Source: Piromyces finnis finn
Taxonomy: Eukaryota > Fungi > Neocallimastigomycota
DNA: 64,000 nt
Reading direction: 5' to 3'
Assembly: GCA_002104945.1 (NCBI GenBank)
Contig: MCFH01000067.1
Location: forward strand, 186,001 to 250,000
The notes under the pieces were generated by a model. That model worked only from the letters and a program-made list of their open reading frames with translations. It was not told where the DNA came from and did no database searches. The position numbers and the translations under genes were made by a program. Positions 1 through 15,935 of the stretch are shown piece after piece; position 1 is the stretch's first letter; every line of letters begins with the position of its first letter.

Positions 1-831
1 GGTGTTTGCTTTACTTGTGGAAAGTCTAGACACTTTCAATTCAATTGTCCAAACAAAAAGAAACCGAAAAATGTGAAAATTATAGAGAGATGCTATTCAG
101 AAGATGATGCTAGCCCTTCAATCAAGAGAATTAAAAAAGAAAATCTTAATCCCAAGGGAACTTCAAATATGTTCGAGATCCATAAAGATAAAAAGAAAAA
201 TATCATCGATTTTTATATCAAAACCAATGATATCGATGAAGTCAAGGTTAAGGTGCTTATTGATTCTGGTTCCGATCTCAATTTCATCCACCCTGAATTC
301 GCCCGAATCAATAATATTAAACTTTCAAATATTGCCGAATCTTTCAAGGTTTCTGGTTTAGGGCAAGGTACTTCTACTGTGAAAAAGAAATCCGAAAAAT
401 GCATCCTTCGTTTGAGAAATCACTACGAACTCATCCAATTATATGCAATTAGAATTCCTGAAGTTGATATAATTCTTGGTGTACCTTGGATAAAAAAACA
501 TTTCCCTGTTTACTACCACGATTCTTCCAAAATTGCCTTTAGCTCTATATATTGTGCCAGACATTGTAATGCGGAAAGAAGAAAGAACAAGAGTAATGCA
601 AAGGAAACCAAGAAAGAAAAAATATCATCAAGAAAAGGAAAAGAAGCTACTCAAGACGACGAAGATGAACAATCCTCTCATAGTGACCTTGGTTCATGCA
701 ATCATTATGAACCCTCCTATAGCGACTCCAGTGACGATGAAGAAACTTTAAGTATTAGAGGCAGTAGAACCTCCGTTAAAACCATTAGTAATCTAGATAG
801 TTTTAATAAAATTAAATTTAGTGATAGTTTA

Positions 832-885
<54 letters not shown>

Positions 886-1860
886 TGTAATCCTAAATGT
901 AAATATGATAATATTAATTGTATTGATGAAAATTTAAATAAAGATAATAATTCGGTCACCGAACCAAAAAAATACTCATTTTCTAAAAAAGTGTTTAATA
1001 ATAACAATTCATGTGTATTAAATTCAGATAGTAACTGTAATGATTTATCTTGTAATATTATTAATAAATGTAAAACTGAAAATAATAATTTGAATAAAGT
1101 TAAAAAATCTGTCGAAATCCAAAACAATATTTATTATTTAAAGAGGTTTTTAATGAAAAGAATTGTAATATTTTACCTCCACATCGTGAATACGATTATG
1201 AAATCAAATTAAAGGATAATTCTAACTTGTTTTATGGTCCTCTTTATCCTTTAACAGAGACAGAGAGAGATGAATTAAAAAGTTACATCAATAAAAATTT
1301 AGAAAAAGGTTTCATTAGGAAATCTTCATCTCCTGCCGGAGCACCAGTCTTATTTGTCAAAAAGAAAGATAGAGTGAAGGGTGCAAAATACTTTACTAAG
1401 TTGGACTTAAAGTCTGCTTGTAATTTCGTAAGAATCAAAGAGGGTGATGAATACAATACTGCCTTTAGAACAAGATATGGGTATTTTGAATATCTCGTCA
1501 TGCCTTTTGGTTTAAAGAATGCACCAGCTACTTTTCAACATTTCATAAATGATGTCCTTAGTGATTATTTGGATGATTTTAATATATTTAAATATTCTGG
1601 AAGAACATCATGAACATGTTAAGAAAGTATTGAAAAAATTATTAGAAAATAATTTATATGTAAAGTTAGAAAAGTGTGAGTTTGATGTTTCAGAAACCAC
1701 TTTTCTTGGTTATGTATTATCCAAAGATGGTCTGAAAATGGATAGAGATAAAGTTAAAGCTATCCTCGACTGGCCTGTTCATACGAATGTTAAAGAAGTT
1801 CAATCCTTTTATTGGATTATGCAATTATTATAGAACTTTTATTAAAGACTTTTCTAATTT
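1..1860 (+). mobile_element. Degenerate Ty3/gypsy LTR retrotransposon gag-pol fragment (Gag CCHC knuckle, aspartic protease, RT, start of RNase H); no LTR visible
   Basis: Frame 1 from base 1 reads GVCFTCGKSRHFQFNC (CX2CX4HX4C), in frame with protease LIDSGS...DIILGVPW. After a frameshift near 1140 it reads [68 protein letters not shown] and QSFIGLCNYYRTFIKDFSN. Frameshifts and internal deletions are present. Confidence 0.92.
832..885 (+). repeat. (AAT)n microsatellite inside the protease-RT linker (poly-Asn)
   Basis: Direct inspection; gives the run of about 18 N in the 379-aa ORF. Confidence 0.95.
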
Positions 1861-2310
1861 TATAATTATATGGAATTGCATTGTTTTGTTTAAAATAGTA
1901 GGTCAAGTATTTTTTGAAAATCATAAAACTATTTAATGGACGAGGTATTTTATTACCATATTTTCTTTTTCCATTGAAAATAAATGATGTGTAAATGGTT
2001 GATATTTTTTGTAAAATGTCTTTATCTTTCAATAAAAATTCAACATCACAATCATTCAATTCTTCCATAAAATACAAAAGATATTCTTGATCCATTACTT
2101 TAGCTAATCTTAATATTTCAATTTTATTTGAAGCAAGTTGAATTATTTTCTTACTTCATTTGAAAAGTCATCATTTTCATTAGATGGAATATAATAATAA
2201 TTATAATAATCAATTTTATTAAAGGCGTTTTTATAAATATCAATACCGATATTATTATTGATATTATTGTTGATGTTTTCAATAATATTAATAATATTAT
2301 TGTAAAGATA
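1860..2310 (-). pseudogene. Truncated HMG-box protein pseudogene (MATA_HMG/SOX-like box start)
   Basis: Minus strand reads ...GNKIPRPLNSFMIFKKYLTYYFKQ, matching the HMG-box N-terminal consensus (K/R)IPRPxNxF(M/I)xF. One frameshift near 2150 links to an upstream open frame. The box is cut at about 1860 where Ty3 sequence begins. Confidence 0.6.
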
Positions 2311-2979
2311 TAATATATATCTTTAGATTATTTAATAATTAACTATTAATTATTAAATAATAAATTAATATTTATTAAAATTAACTATGAAATTTTTAAT
2401 ATTCAATGGAATAATTTAATAATAAATTATTTTATAATAATTCCGTCAAAATTAAATAAAGATAAATATTTAAATTTAAGGAACAAAAGAATCTTAATTA
2501 AATTTAAATATTTCAAATATTTTAAATATTCATAATAACTTTATATACTTTCTTATTCAAATTTAGAATAGTTTAATAATTTTAACTGAGTTTTAAAAAT
2601 AGATGTGTTTATATTTCAATAGGAAATACATTAAGAATAGTATTGATAATATTAAATTAATTTATAGATAATACATGAGCTTTGTTCAATTTTGAAGTTT
2701 ACTCAAATTGAATTAAAAGTATAATGAATTAGTTTTAGTTTGGTTTTATTATTTTATTATTTAATTAGATTAGTTTTGTTTATTTTATATTAAATATATG
2801 TTTATTTAAATAGAATAATATATTAGAATATAATTATGAAAAAATATAAATACATGTAAATTTTATCAATTAAATCGATGTAATTGTTATTTTATTTCTA
2901 ACCATTAATAAAGAAGATAATTTTTAAAAAAGAAACTCCTATTTTTATTTTATCGTGTGTTTAATTGTTTTATTGTTAA

Positions 2980-3644
2980 ATATATAATCTGTTTTAAGAT
3001 TAATATTTTACAATTATTAATACTTTGATCATAATTCATAAAATCATTATTGATTACTTGATAATTAATATTTTGATTATAATTTAATTGATCACAATTG
3101 ACTAAATTGTTAATTTGGCCATTATTAATTTGACTAATATAGATTTGATTGCTATTAATATTATTATTCTGATTAACAATAGTTAAATAATCATTATAAT
3201 TATTATAATTATAATTATTGTTATTTTTGAATGTAAATTAACTAAATTTCCATAGTTAGTATTATTAATATTATTAATATTGGGATTATGATCAATGATA
3301 TTAAAATTGTTATTAATATCAATAACAGAAATACAATTCACTTGATTATTATTATTATTTTGATAATTATTCATGTCATATATTATTTTCATAGTGTTAT
3401 TACCAAAATTATCAAAGAGGTAGTTAGTATTAAAAGGAGGAGAGATGATATTTGGATGGGAAGTAACCTGAATATTCTGAATATTGTTTTGAGTAAAGTT
3501 CGCCAAGGTAGGATCTAACACATCAGAGAAATTACCACTTTGAGGATCTAAAATGGAATTATTAGAATTCTTTGTGTTTAACATATTGAATTGTTGATAA
3601 TGAATATTATTAATGTTATTAATATTATTAATATCGAAAAACAT
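2980..3644 (-). pseudogene. Asn/Gln-rich low-complexity coding-like segment with one frameshift; function unknown
   Basis: ATG at 3644 (MFFDINN...) runs through N/Q/I-rich codons. After a frameshift near 3200 a second N/Q-rich frame continues to about 2980. Confidence 0.3.
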
Positions 3645-5400
3645 TGTTAATGGATTATAAAAAAAAAGGTAAAGAAATAGCAATTTAACTGTTAATTTAT
3701 TTTCTTTTTTTATTTTTAAAAAAAAAATAAAGATAAAACAAACAAACAAACAAAAAAGAAAACGAATTTTTATACTTGAATTTTTAATTTTTTTTTGTGT
3801 CATCTATTTCTTTTAGAATAGTCCAATAATACAAAAATAAAGGTATACAAATTTCGAAATAAATAAGATTTTAAACTATTTTTAACCTATTTAAACTTTT
3901 ATTAATCAATTGTAGTTTATTTTGAAAATTAATTAATAGAAAGTTTTTAAGCATTAAACTTTATTTCAGTTTAACTATATTACACAGTCGATTTTAACAT
4001 TTTTAAAGCATTAAAGTTTAAATTTTAAAAACCTTTCTATTTTCAATTTCATAATATTTAATTATAGTTTTAAAGTAAAAAATCAATCAAATAATCAAAG
4101 TTATTATTATGAGACATAGTACTTAAAATATAAAAAATAAAATTTAATAACCTATTTTCACGTTTTTTACCCATGGGATACCTACTATATTCTCACATCA
4201 ATTTAAATATGGATAAAAAATATTTTTATATAGATTAATAAACATTTTAATTTTGATTATATACTTTTTAAATGAATGTTGATATTTTATTCATTATCAT
4301 TATTATTATTTATACATAATACCTTTCCTATATAAATAAACCATGAATAAATTGATAAATATTGGTAATTTAAAATAGTTTTCATTTTTAAATTACCAAA
4401 ATTAAATAATATTTTTATTTTTTTGTTAAAATTATTTAAATTATCAAAGTTTTTTAATCAATAACTTTAATTAAATAAGATATCCAAAAAAAAATATTAA
4501 ATAATAAAATTATGATTATTATTAAAATGTTATTTATTTTAAAGATATATAAAATGTATTTAAAAGAAGTACATAAAATGTAATATTATTAATAATAAGA
4601 TATGAATGTTAAAAAAATTATAATTATTATGTTTAATATATATTTTCAATAGATGTGAGGGTTACTAGTTTATTCAAAATAGAGGCAAAAAATAAACATA
4701 ATTGTAAATTTAGTTTTAATAGGATGAAAAAGATGATAAAAGAAAATAAAATGGATAAATGTCGTAAATAGTTGGAAAGGACTAAAGATTTGAATAAAAC
4801 ACCAAGGTGAAATTAACGAAATACTTGATTTTTTTTTAAAAAAAAAAAACTAATTATTCAATTATCAACAATTATATTATTAAAAATATTAAATATAACG
4901 AAATAAAATTATGTAATATTGAATCTAAGATTATGACAGAGTGTAAAAAAAAACAAAGGAAAATTAAAAAATGATTTTTTCTTTAAATATACTTTTATTT
5001 GTAACACCTATTTATATGAATAAGTATTATAATAAATATGTAAATATTAATATAAAAGCAACAATGTTATTTTTATAATAAAATATAATAAAATATAATA
5101 AAAAAAAAGAGATAAATTACTATATTTTTTACTTTAATAATATAAAATTAAAAAAAAAATACTCTGTAATTTTATTTATATTATTAATTATAAAAGAAAT
5201 ACTTTGTAAGAAAGTATTTCTTTTATAAAATTATTAACATTTTATAGTAAAAAAAAATTTTTTATAATTACATAATAATTTGTTTTAATAATAAATGTAT
5301 TATCTATTAATAATTATAATATATAATAAATATAAAATGTATACATTATTATACATTATAATTTATATATTAATAAATAATTTTAATAATTAATCCATAA

Positions 5401-7511
5401 TTTACTAGTTTATCTAATGAATATAAAATAATAATTAATAATGAATGTTTTTCATTCTTTGAAGGAATAAGTATTATTAATTGTAATAATCTTACTAAAG
5501 ATCAATACACTATTAACGATAGCAATAATAATATAAATGACTATTTGAATAATTTTTTACTTATTAATTCATTGGAAAAAATATGTAATGAAAAAGTATT
5601 TAAATACAATTTTGATTTGAAAGATATAACAAAAACAAAATTTTATATATCTATAAATATACCTTCATATACACTTAAAGATATTTATAACGAAATAATA
5701 AGGTTGGAATTACCAAGTACTTGCCAGTATGTAACTGCTTTTATCAAAAGAATAAGTTATCTCCATTACTTTAATAAAAGGTATACTGAAACATATCAAT
5801 ATAATCAAGTGTTAATTGCAAAAGATAAAAGTAAGGATATTAAAGATTCAGACAATTTCATAATTATTAAATGTTGTCATGATAGTGTAAGAATCACTGG
5901 AAATAAAATAACATTTTATGAAAGAGATACTTATGATAATATTATTTGTAAATTATTACCATGTTTAAATTATTCAAGTGATCAAATACTAATTAGATTC
6001 GAACCAAGTATTGTTTCTTTTACTTATCCAATAAATATAAATTTCCAATTGTTTGATTTGATGTTATATGAAAATGCTTTATATCCCTATATATATACTA
6101 ATGAAAATGAAGATATAATAAAAAACAAAGAAAAATTAGTATATACAATAAATATCTTTAATCAGTCATTAAATATGAAACTTTACAACAAGTATAAACA
6201 ATTTACAGAAATTATCCAATTTCAAGAATTAGAATGGTATATGTATATGACTGTTAATAAAATATTAAAATATCTTTATTTATTATATATTGATTTTCAT
6301 GTAAGTTATTATAATAGAAATAAAGTATTAAATATTCCATTAAAAATAAATTATAACCGATTATTTGGAAAATATTATACTAGATATTTTAATAATAAGG
6401 TATTACCAGTAATTGCTGATAAAGAGGAATATATTAAAAATAATATACCGTATGTACAGTGGAATAATAATTATTATAGATCACCAGAAAATTCAGGATA
6501 TAAAATTATTCTTTCAGCAAATAAAAATTCTACTGATAATAACTTTGTATTTCATGTTAAAAAGTTATTATTTGATTCAGAATCAGAATCAAAAATGTGG
6601 TTCCTATATGTGTTAAAGTGATAAGAAAATACAAAGAAAAAGAAAAACCTGTTTATTTTAATATAGCTTATAAACTAGACAAACATTGTAAAGGAAAATT
6701 TCCTTCCAATTTATTTATACTTATGGTTATGAATTACAAGGTTTATATAGACAATATTTTGATATTCCAGAAATAAATAATAAATTTATAATATGTTCTA
6801 AATGTAATAAATACATTAATATTCCTAGTCAACAGGAATTAATAAATTGTGTAAAGGAAAAGTTTAATAATAAACAATTAAATCTAATAAATGAAAATTA
6901 CAATGATATTAATATTCTTTCTTTTTCAGTAGATAATAATATGAATATATATCTATATTGTGTTTTTGATTATGTCTACAATTATAATTCTTCTTTTCCC
7001 TTTTTAATAATAATGTTATATACATGTAAATTATTTACACTTCCTAACTATAGGTATGAATATGTAGTAAGTTCAGATAAGAGTTTGTTTAATTTTAATG
7101 ATGATTTTGTACAAGCTATATTTTCTATGTATAAAAAAAAATTCAATTTCAATTATAGATAATGTTACATTAACTAAATATACTAAACAATATATTTCAG
7201 ATAATAAAACAGTTTTAATAACAGAAAAGGAATTTCCAGATGAAAAAGTATATTTATGGAGATCGATTTATTCAGAAATAATACCAACAATACCAATAAT
7301 AAAAGATAATGATGAATTATACAATACGCTACCATCATTTTCTTTTTTATGTAAGAATATTAAAAATATAACTGCATATCATTATAATATTATGAATGAA
7401 TACAATAAAAAAGTTATTATCTATGGTGTATGGGTTAATGAAGATTATTATCCATGTAAAGCATCCATAGAAATATTAAAATCAACTATTCTTAATAAAC
7501 CTTATTATTAA
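5401..7511 (+). pseudogene. Frameshifted intronless gene resembling NCLDV (giant virus) early transcription factor large subunit (VETF-L/A7L-like)
   Basis: Frame is open 5401-6621, then resumes in other frames after shifts near 6590, 6720 and 7150. Ordered motifs FDLMLYENALYPYIYTNE, LFGKYYTR..LPVI..EE..YYRSP..GY.I.L.ANK, VVPICVK, YKL..HCKGKFPSNL, GLYRQ, SQQELIN, INILSF, LPNYRYEY and KQYISDNKTVLI recall the VETF-L motif order. Recalled from memory, not searched. Confidence 0.55.
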
Positions 7512-9267
7512 AAAGAAATTTAGATGGATCTATCTATTCATCTTTCAAAAATAATTCTATTTATATGATTTTTTAGTTCATCAGATATTAATACTATCGT
7601 AGATGCATAAAATTATTTTTTTTTTTAAATTTTATATTTATTTATATATTTGTGTTAAATATTAATTTCCGTTTTTTTATATTTGTAATTAAATATTTAT
7701 TTATTTTTAAAATTGGAATTTAATATTGTAATTTCGTTATCATAACAAATATATATTTAAAAGCATAATATTAATTCATTGTAATATACATATGTATGAT
7801 ATGTATTATAATATATACATTACTAGTAATGTATATGTTAATTTCATAATATTCTATATGTATTATATGTATTGATGTAAATAGCTATAATATCATTAGT
7901 TTATAAAGGTTATTTATAGATTAATTATGTATATTAATAAGTTGAAACATAAAATATGTATTAAGAGTTTTAAAATATTAAAATAATTTTTTAAAAATAT
8001 AAAGTTCTCTTGTAAATTCTTTATAAAAAGATTGTATAATGTATAATTCATTTACAATTCATAAATAAAAGTAAATAAACCCTAAATTATAAAATGATAA
8101 TTAATAATACTTTATAAATATTTTGTAAATTTATAGTAAATAATTTTGTTATTTAGTTTATTATTGTAGTAATTTTCATGTTAAATAATGTACAAATGTA
8201 TACCGTTTATTCAAAATACAATAAACCTTTTGCAACATAACTTTTTTAATATTTTATTTATTAATTAATAATAAGTAAAATGAGGCTATGATTAAATGAA
8301 AATAAAAGAAAATGAATTTTATTATAACTTTCTGTTGAAATAATTTATATAATTTATTTTTTTAAAATATAAAATTTTCTTGATTTATTAGGAAGCAATT
8401 AAATATTCTGCTTCTCCCATTTTTGCTGTGGAAATAACTACATTATTAACTTTTTTTTTTAATAATAAAGTTAAAATAATAAAAAAAAAAAAAGAAAATT
8501 TTTTTATTTTTGTAATTTCCATTAAATTATAAAATGTTGTATTGAAAGAGAAAAAAAGAAAATAACAAAATATATATATATATACAATCATATGTCATAT
8601 ACAATAAGAATTATATAATTATTTATTAATTTATTATTAACTATATTTTTAATTTTTGATTAAATATATTAACATTCCTTGAATAGAATTATGATGCGTA
8701 CAAGCAGCTATAACATTGCATATATATAATAAAAATTAAAATTAAAAAAAAAAAAAAAAAAATCTAATTAGAAATTAAAGATAACATTACGTTTAATATG
8801 TTTTTATTATTTATTTTATTTAAATAACTTTACCCTTTAGAAACACCAAAAAGAACACTAGAAAAAAAAATATTAAAAGTAATCCATTAAATTGTTATTA
8901 ACATATTTTTTATTTTTTATTTTTTATTTTTTTTTTTACTATTTTTAATTGAATTATATACTTTTTTTTTTCCTTTCAAAATAAAAAAAAAAAAAGTAAA
9001 ATAAAATATAATAAAATATTTACTATTTATTATTACAATAAAAATATTTAGTTTATTTAAAAATTATAATTCTTTTAAATTTAATATTTACTAATATATA
9101 TAATGGATTTCAGTTTCATTTTTATATATAAATATATATATTTCTTTCATGTATTTATTTTTTATTTTTACATCTTCCATGATTATCAAAAAATTTTTAT
9201 TGATAAATATGGACCATCAAAAAAAAAATATATATATATATTTGTTTCTTTTTTAATCAGGCTAAAT

Positions 9268-11809
<2,542 letters not shown>

Positions 11810-14800
11810 ATTTTTTTTTTTTATTTTATTTTAACATTTAAAAAATTGATTTTTTTTTTTTTTTTTTTTGAAATATTCAATTTTTAGTTTTTTTTTGTTT
11901 TTTAATTGACACTTTTTAAAAGTTTTTTTAAAATTTTTTAAAAAAAAAAAAAAAATTTCTCCCACAACCTTTTCCCTTAAATTTTTTTTCTTTTTGGTGA
12001 TTGGCACCTGCCAAAAAATGAAAATGAAAATTTTTAAAAAAAATAAATTAAAAAATTTTTAAAAATGGAAAAATTAAATTTTTTCAACTAAAAAATATTG
12101 CGTAATCATGAATACTAAATGTTCGAAAGGAAATAAACTTTAATTATTAATAAAAATATTTTTATTACTAATTACATAAAATAAATTAAAATAGTCATGT
12201 AATAACGTGATTAAATCAATTGAGGCGTAAATAGAATCAAATGATAAAATAAAAATCAGGTGATAACATAAATCTATTTTAATAATTTAAATAATAAACA
12301 TAATTTTATGTTATGTAAATAATTTCTTTTATAATTTTTATTTATAATATTTTATTATATTTTTTTATTATACTTTTTATACTAGTTTATTATAGAATAT
12401 TAAACAAAACATAGTTTATAATGATTAAAAGATATATAAATGTGCTATTATTCATGGATTTTTTAATTTTTGTTTCTTGTTATATTATAGCCAATTTTTA
12501 TATTTAATAAAATTACTTTTAATACATAAACATTCTCCCTAAAAAAGGAAGCATTCAGTTGGGTTATATCAGAATAAAAATAATAAAAAGTAATACAAAG
12601 TGATAAATAATATTTAATAATTGTTTTTATTTTTTATGGTTGGTTTTATTGATAAAGTTTATTTAATAATGAAAATGAAATATGAAATAGGTAATTACAA
12701 AGTAGAATGTGGCTTTTTCAAAATAGAAGATTATTGTACATGAATATCATTACAACACATTACAACACGTGAATTATCAATACATTATTAAATTAAAGTT
12801 TATTAAAACAATATTTAATTAAATTAGTAATATTTGTTATATAAATTAAAATTAATAACTTTAGATAACTAATATACATGTGATATCATGTAAATAAATA
12901 TTTCTATGTAAAATTGACATTATTTTATATAAAACATAGAATTAATGTAAATTACATTAATATATGAGTACACATGATATTCAGTTTTAAAAATTTCATT
13001 TAGAATATTGAGAATGAAGAAAAGATAAAATAAAGACCTATAAATAAAATTATTTTATATTTTATAAGAAAGCAAAACTAATTGAATAGCGTAAATCATC
13101 ATGAAAAAATAAAAAATGAATAATTAAATGTTGCTCCAAAAGGAAAACTAATAAAAATTAATATTTTTTTCAAATATAAAGGATTAACAGAAATGATAAA
13201 TGGAAAAATTAGTAAGAAAAAAAAGAAAGTGGATAAGAATTTCATTATATTAGTTTTAATGAAAAATGGTTTTTATATAAAACTGTAATGTAGATAAAAG
13301 TTATCGATAGAAATATTGTCTATAACCAAAAATATATGAAATAAATTACTTATCATATATTTTAACAAAATGAAGTAATACTACATAAAATTAAAAGTAA
13401 ATTTTTACCACTTTTACATTTTAAATTATTTTAAAGGAAGTAATGATATTTAATTAATCTTTACTAATAAATTTTATAATATGGACATTACGTATTAGTT
13501 AAAGTTGTTGTTGTAAATCTATTTACTACATTTATTATAATGAAAAGGTTATTTTATTACATGATAATCTCATCTCCAACTGCAAAATTAAATATTTAAT
13601 TCAATAATAAATTTCATTTCATATATAAAATTATTAAATATTATAAAGTTTAACTCTTATATCATAGATTACATTAATAAGGAGAACATGATTATAAGAG
13701 TAAAAATGAAAAATAAAAATTAAAATATATATAATATTGTTTAAAGATGGAATAAATATCCATAATAACCTTATTATGAGTTATGTATTTTATTTTAAAA
13801 ACTTTTATTTTTCAATATTTTTTTCCTTGATAGCATTAAAAGAGTTTTACAGAGGTATCACCTTTATTTATAGTAATAAATTTTATTTAATTTAATAAAA
13901 ATATTAATGAGTTCGGGGTTTAAATATTTTTGTCTTTGAAAATTAAAAATGAATCGTTTTAATTTTTATAAAATAAAATATAAAATATTCAAAGTTAATA
14001 AAATAGAAAAGTTTAATCGTTTTTTTTTTTTTTTAGTCAAGAATTATACTAAAACTTTAATTATGATAATATTATTATTTTTAATAATCAATATTTAATG
14101 ATTCTTTATAAATAATTATTGATTAAACAAATCTATTTTTTAATAAAACTACTTCATAAAAAATAACATTTGAAAAGCATTTTTTAAAAAATATTTTAAA
14201 TTTAATATACTTCTTTTTATTTTACCTTAATTTATTTTAATCAAAAAACATCATTCTTATTTATTTTTAACTATTTCGGAATGTGTAATATATAATAAAT
14301 TGGTATCCTTTGTTTAGACCTAATACTTATATTTTGTAATTAAATATAATTATTAAAGGATTTATGTAAAAACGGTTATAATTTTTTATATAAAATATGG
14401 TATATCTTTGAACATTTTATTCCTATAAAAAAAATAATTATAAAATTTAATATGAAATTATCATTATGACTAATCAAAGGTGTTATATACTTTTTTATTT
14501 TATAGAGAATTCTAAACTATTGTAATTCGAAACCTTTATAATTTATTTATTATAAAGAAATAAACAATAAATCATTAAAAATACATTATAATAATTTTTA
14601 TATTGAATAATTTATTGTCCTTTTTTTTTTTTTTTTTGTAAAAAGTATTTATTTCGAGTTTTTAATATATATATTTTAAATATATAATTAATAATCTTTT
14701 ATAAAAAGTTTAAAATAAGTTATGAGATTTTTTATTTTGGTTTTTTTTTTAATAAATAAAGGTAAATAGAACAGTTATTTATGACTTTATTATATATATT

Positions 14801-15534
14801 ATGATGTATATATATATAAAGTTTTTTTTTTATTAATCATTAGCTATTAATTTAAAAGTTTATTAAAAATATTATATACTTCATTTTTTTAAAATAAATA
14901 AAAAATAAAACATAATATATGGTGTCAAATAAACTTTCATATGATTGCTTAAGGACTATATTCATTGAATTACTAACATTGAACCCTTTGAACAGAATAT
15001 TTAAATCGATCCTTTGTTACAACGGTATAATGTTAACCGTCTTGCTTATAGATTTATTACTATACCAATCAAAAAGTAACTTTATAGAGCTACTAATGAT
15101 AAAGAATGTTTTAGTATGACAAGTCACGAAACACTTTATATATACAAAGCATAAGAACCTGATAATCTATAAAGCTATGACAAATATTCTAAAATCAATG
15201 ATAAAAAGAATGTTTATTATGGTCACAACATATTCACAAGGGTGATTTGAAAAAACTCTATTTACTATCAATGATAAAGCTGAAGGTATTCTCATAATTC
15301 GGATAGTCCATATAATTTCCAAGTTTAAGTGAATTGTAGCCAACAAATATTAACAAAATAATAAGTTTTGTTCGTATAATAAAGACATTGTTATTTGTCA
15401 TACTATGGAAAAAATTATTCGTATTTCATAAAATATTAGTGTTGATGAATAATTGTACTCTATTATTTTATTCTTTATAATCAATTAAAAAAGCAAAAAA
15501 AACATAAACAATTTTAAAGATTTTAAAAAAATGT

Positions 15535-15935
15535 TTCTGGTTCGATCCAGCAGATGTCAGTGCCTGTGGATTTTCCCACTGGGTTTGCCATGGATTGAGT
15601 TATGATATTCATGTAAGTATACATGGTACATTCCAAATTAGAATTTAAAAACTGGTGACTTGGGCTATGCCAAAAACACACAATATTCCTTAATTTAAGT
15701 GTAAACATTAAGGGCGGTTGACACGTGATCAAATTGACTATAAGAGGCTTAGCATTGTAGTTGGGAAATATCGTACAAGGATTAAGAGAGTGTCGAAGCT
15801 GAAAATACAGTATGACAGACCAGGAGGGTCACAACCACCTAGCAATAGGAAGGAGCCAACGTTTCTCTAAGAACTACCATTGGGGCTAACTATGATTGAT
15901 GGGAAATGTGGACTCGGAAGTTAAAAAAAAAAAAA
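15535..15935 (+). mobile_element. GC-elevated poly(A)-tailed repeat, probable 3' end of a non-LTR retroelement or SINE (family B)
   Basis: About 400 bp island clearly richer in GC than its flanks, ending GGAAGTT(A)13. The last ~100 bp align with the inverted copy at 43703-43810. Confidence 0.5.

Noticed and set aside
1817-2095. Intact mating-type (sex) locus gene
   Set aside because: The HMG box is truncated and frameshifted, the ORF tail is antisense Ty3 sequence, and no flanking sex-locus genes are visible.
8378-8450. Small exon-like segment (EAIKYSASPIFAVEITT on plus; MGEAEYLIAS on minus)
   Set aside because: Too short, and it could not be joined to any gene; the phosphatase already terminates at 9268.
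11900-14900. Hidden genes or structured elements in the long AT-rich interval
   Set aside because: No coding-like composition, repeats or strong inverted repeats were found by eye.
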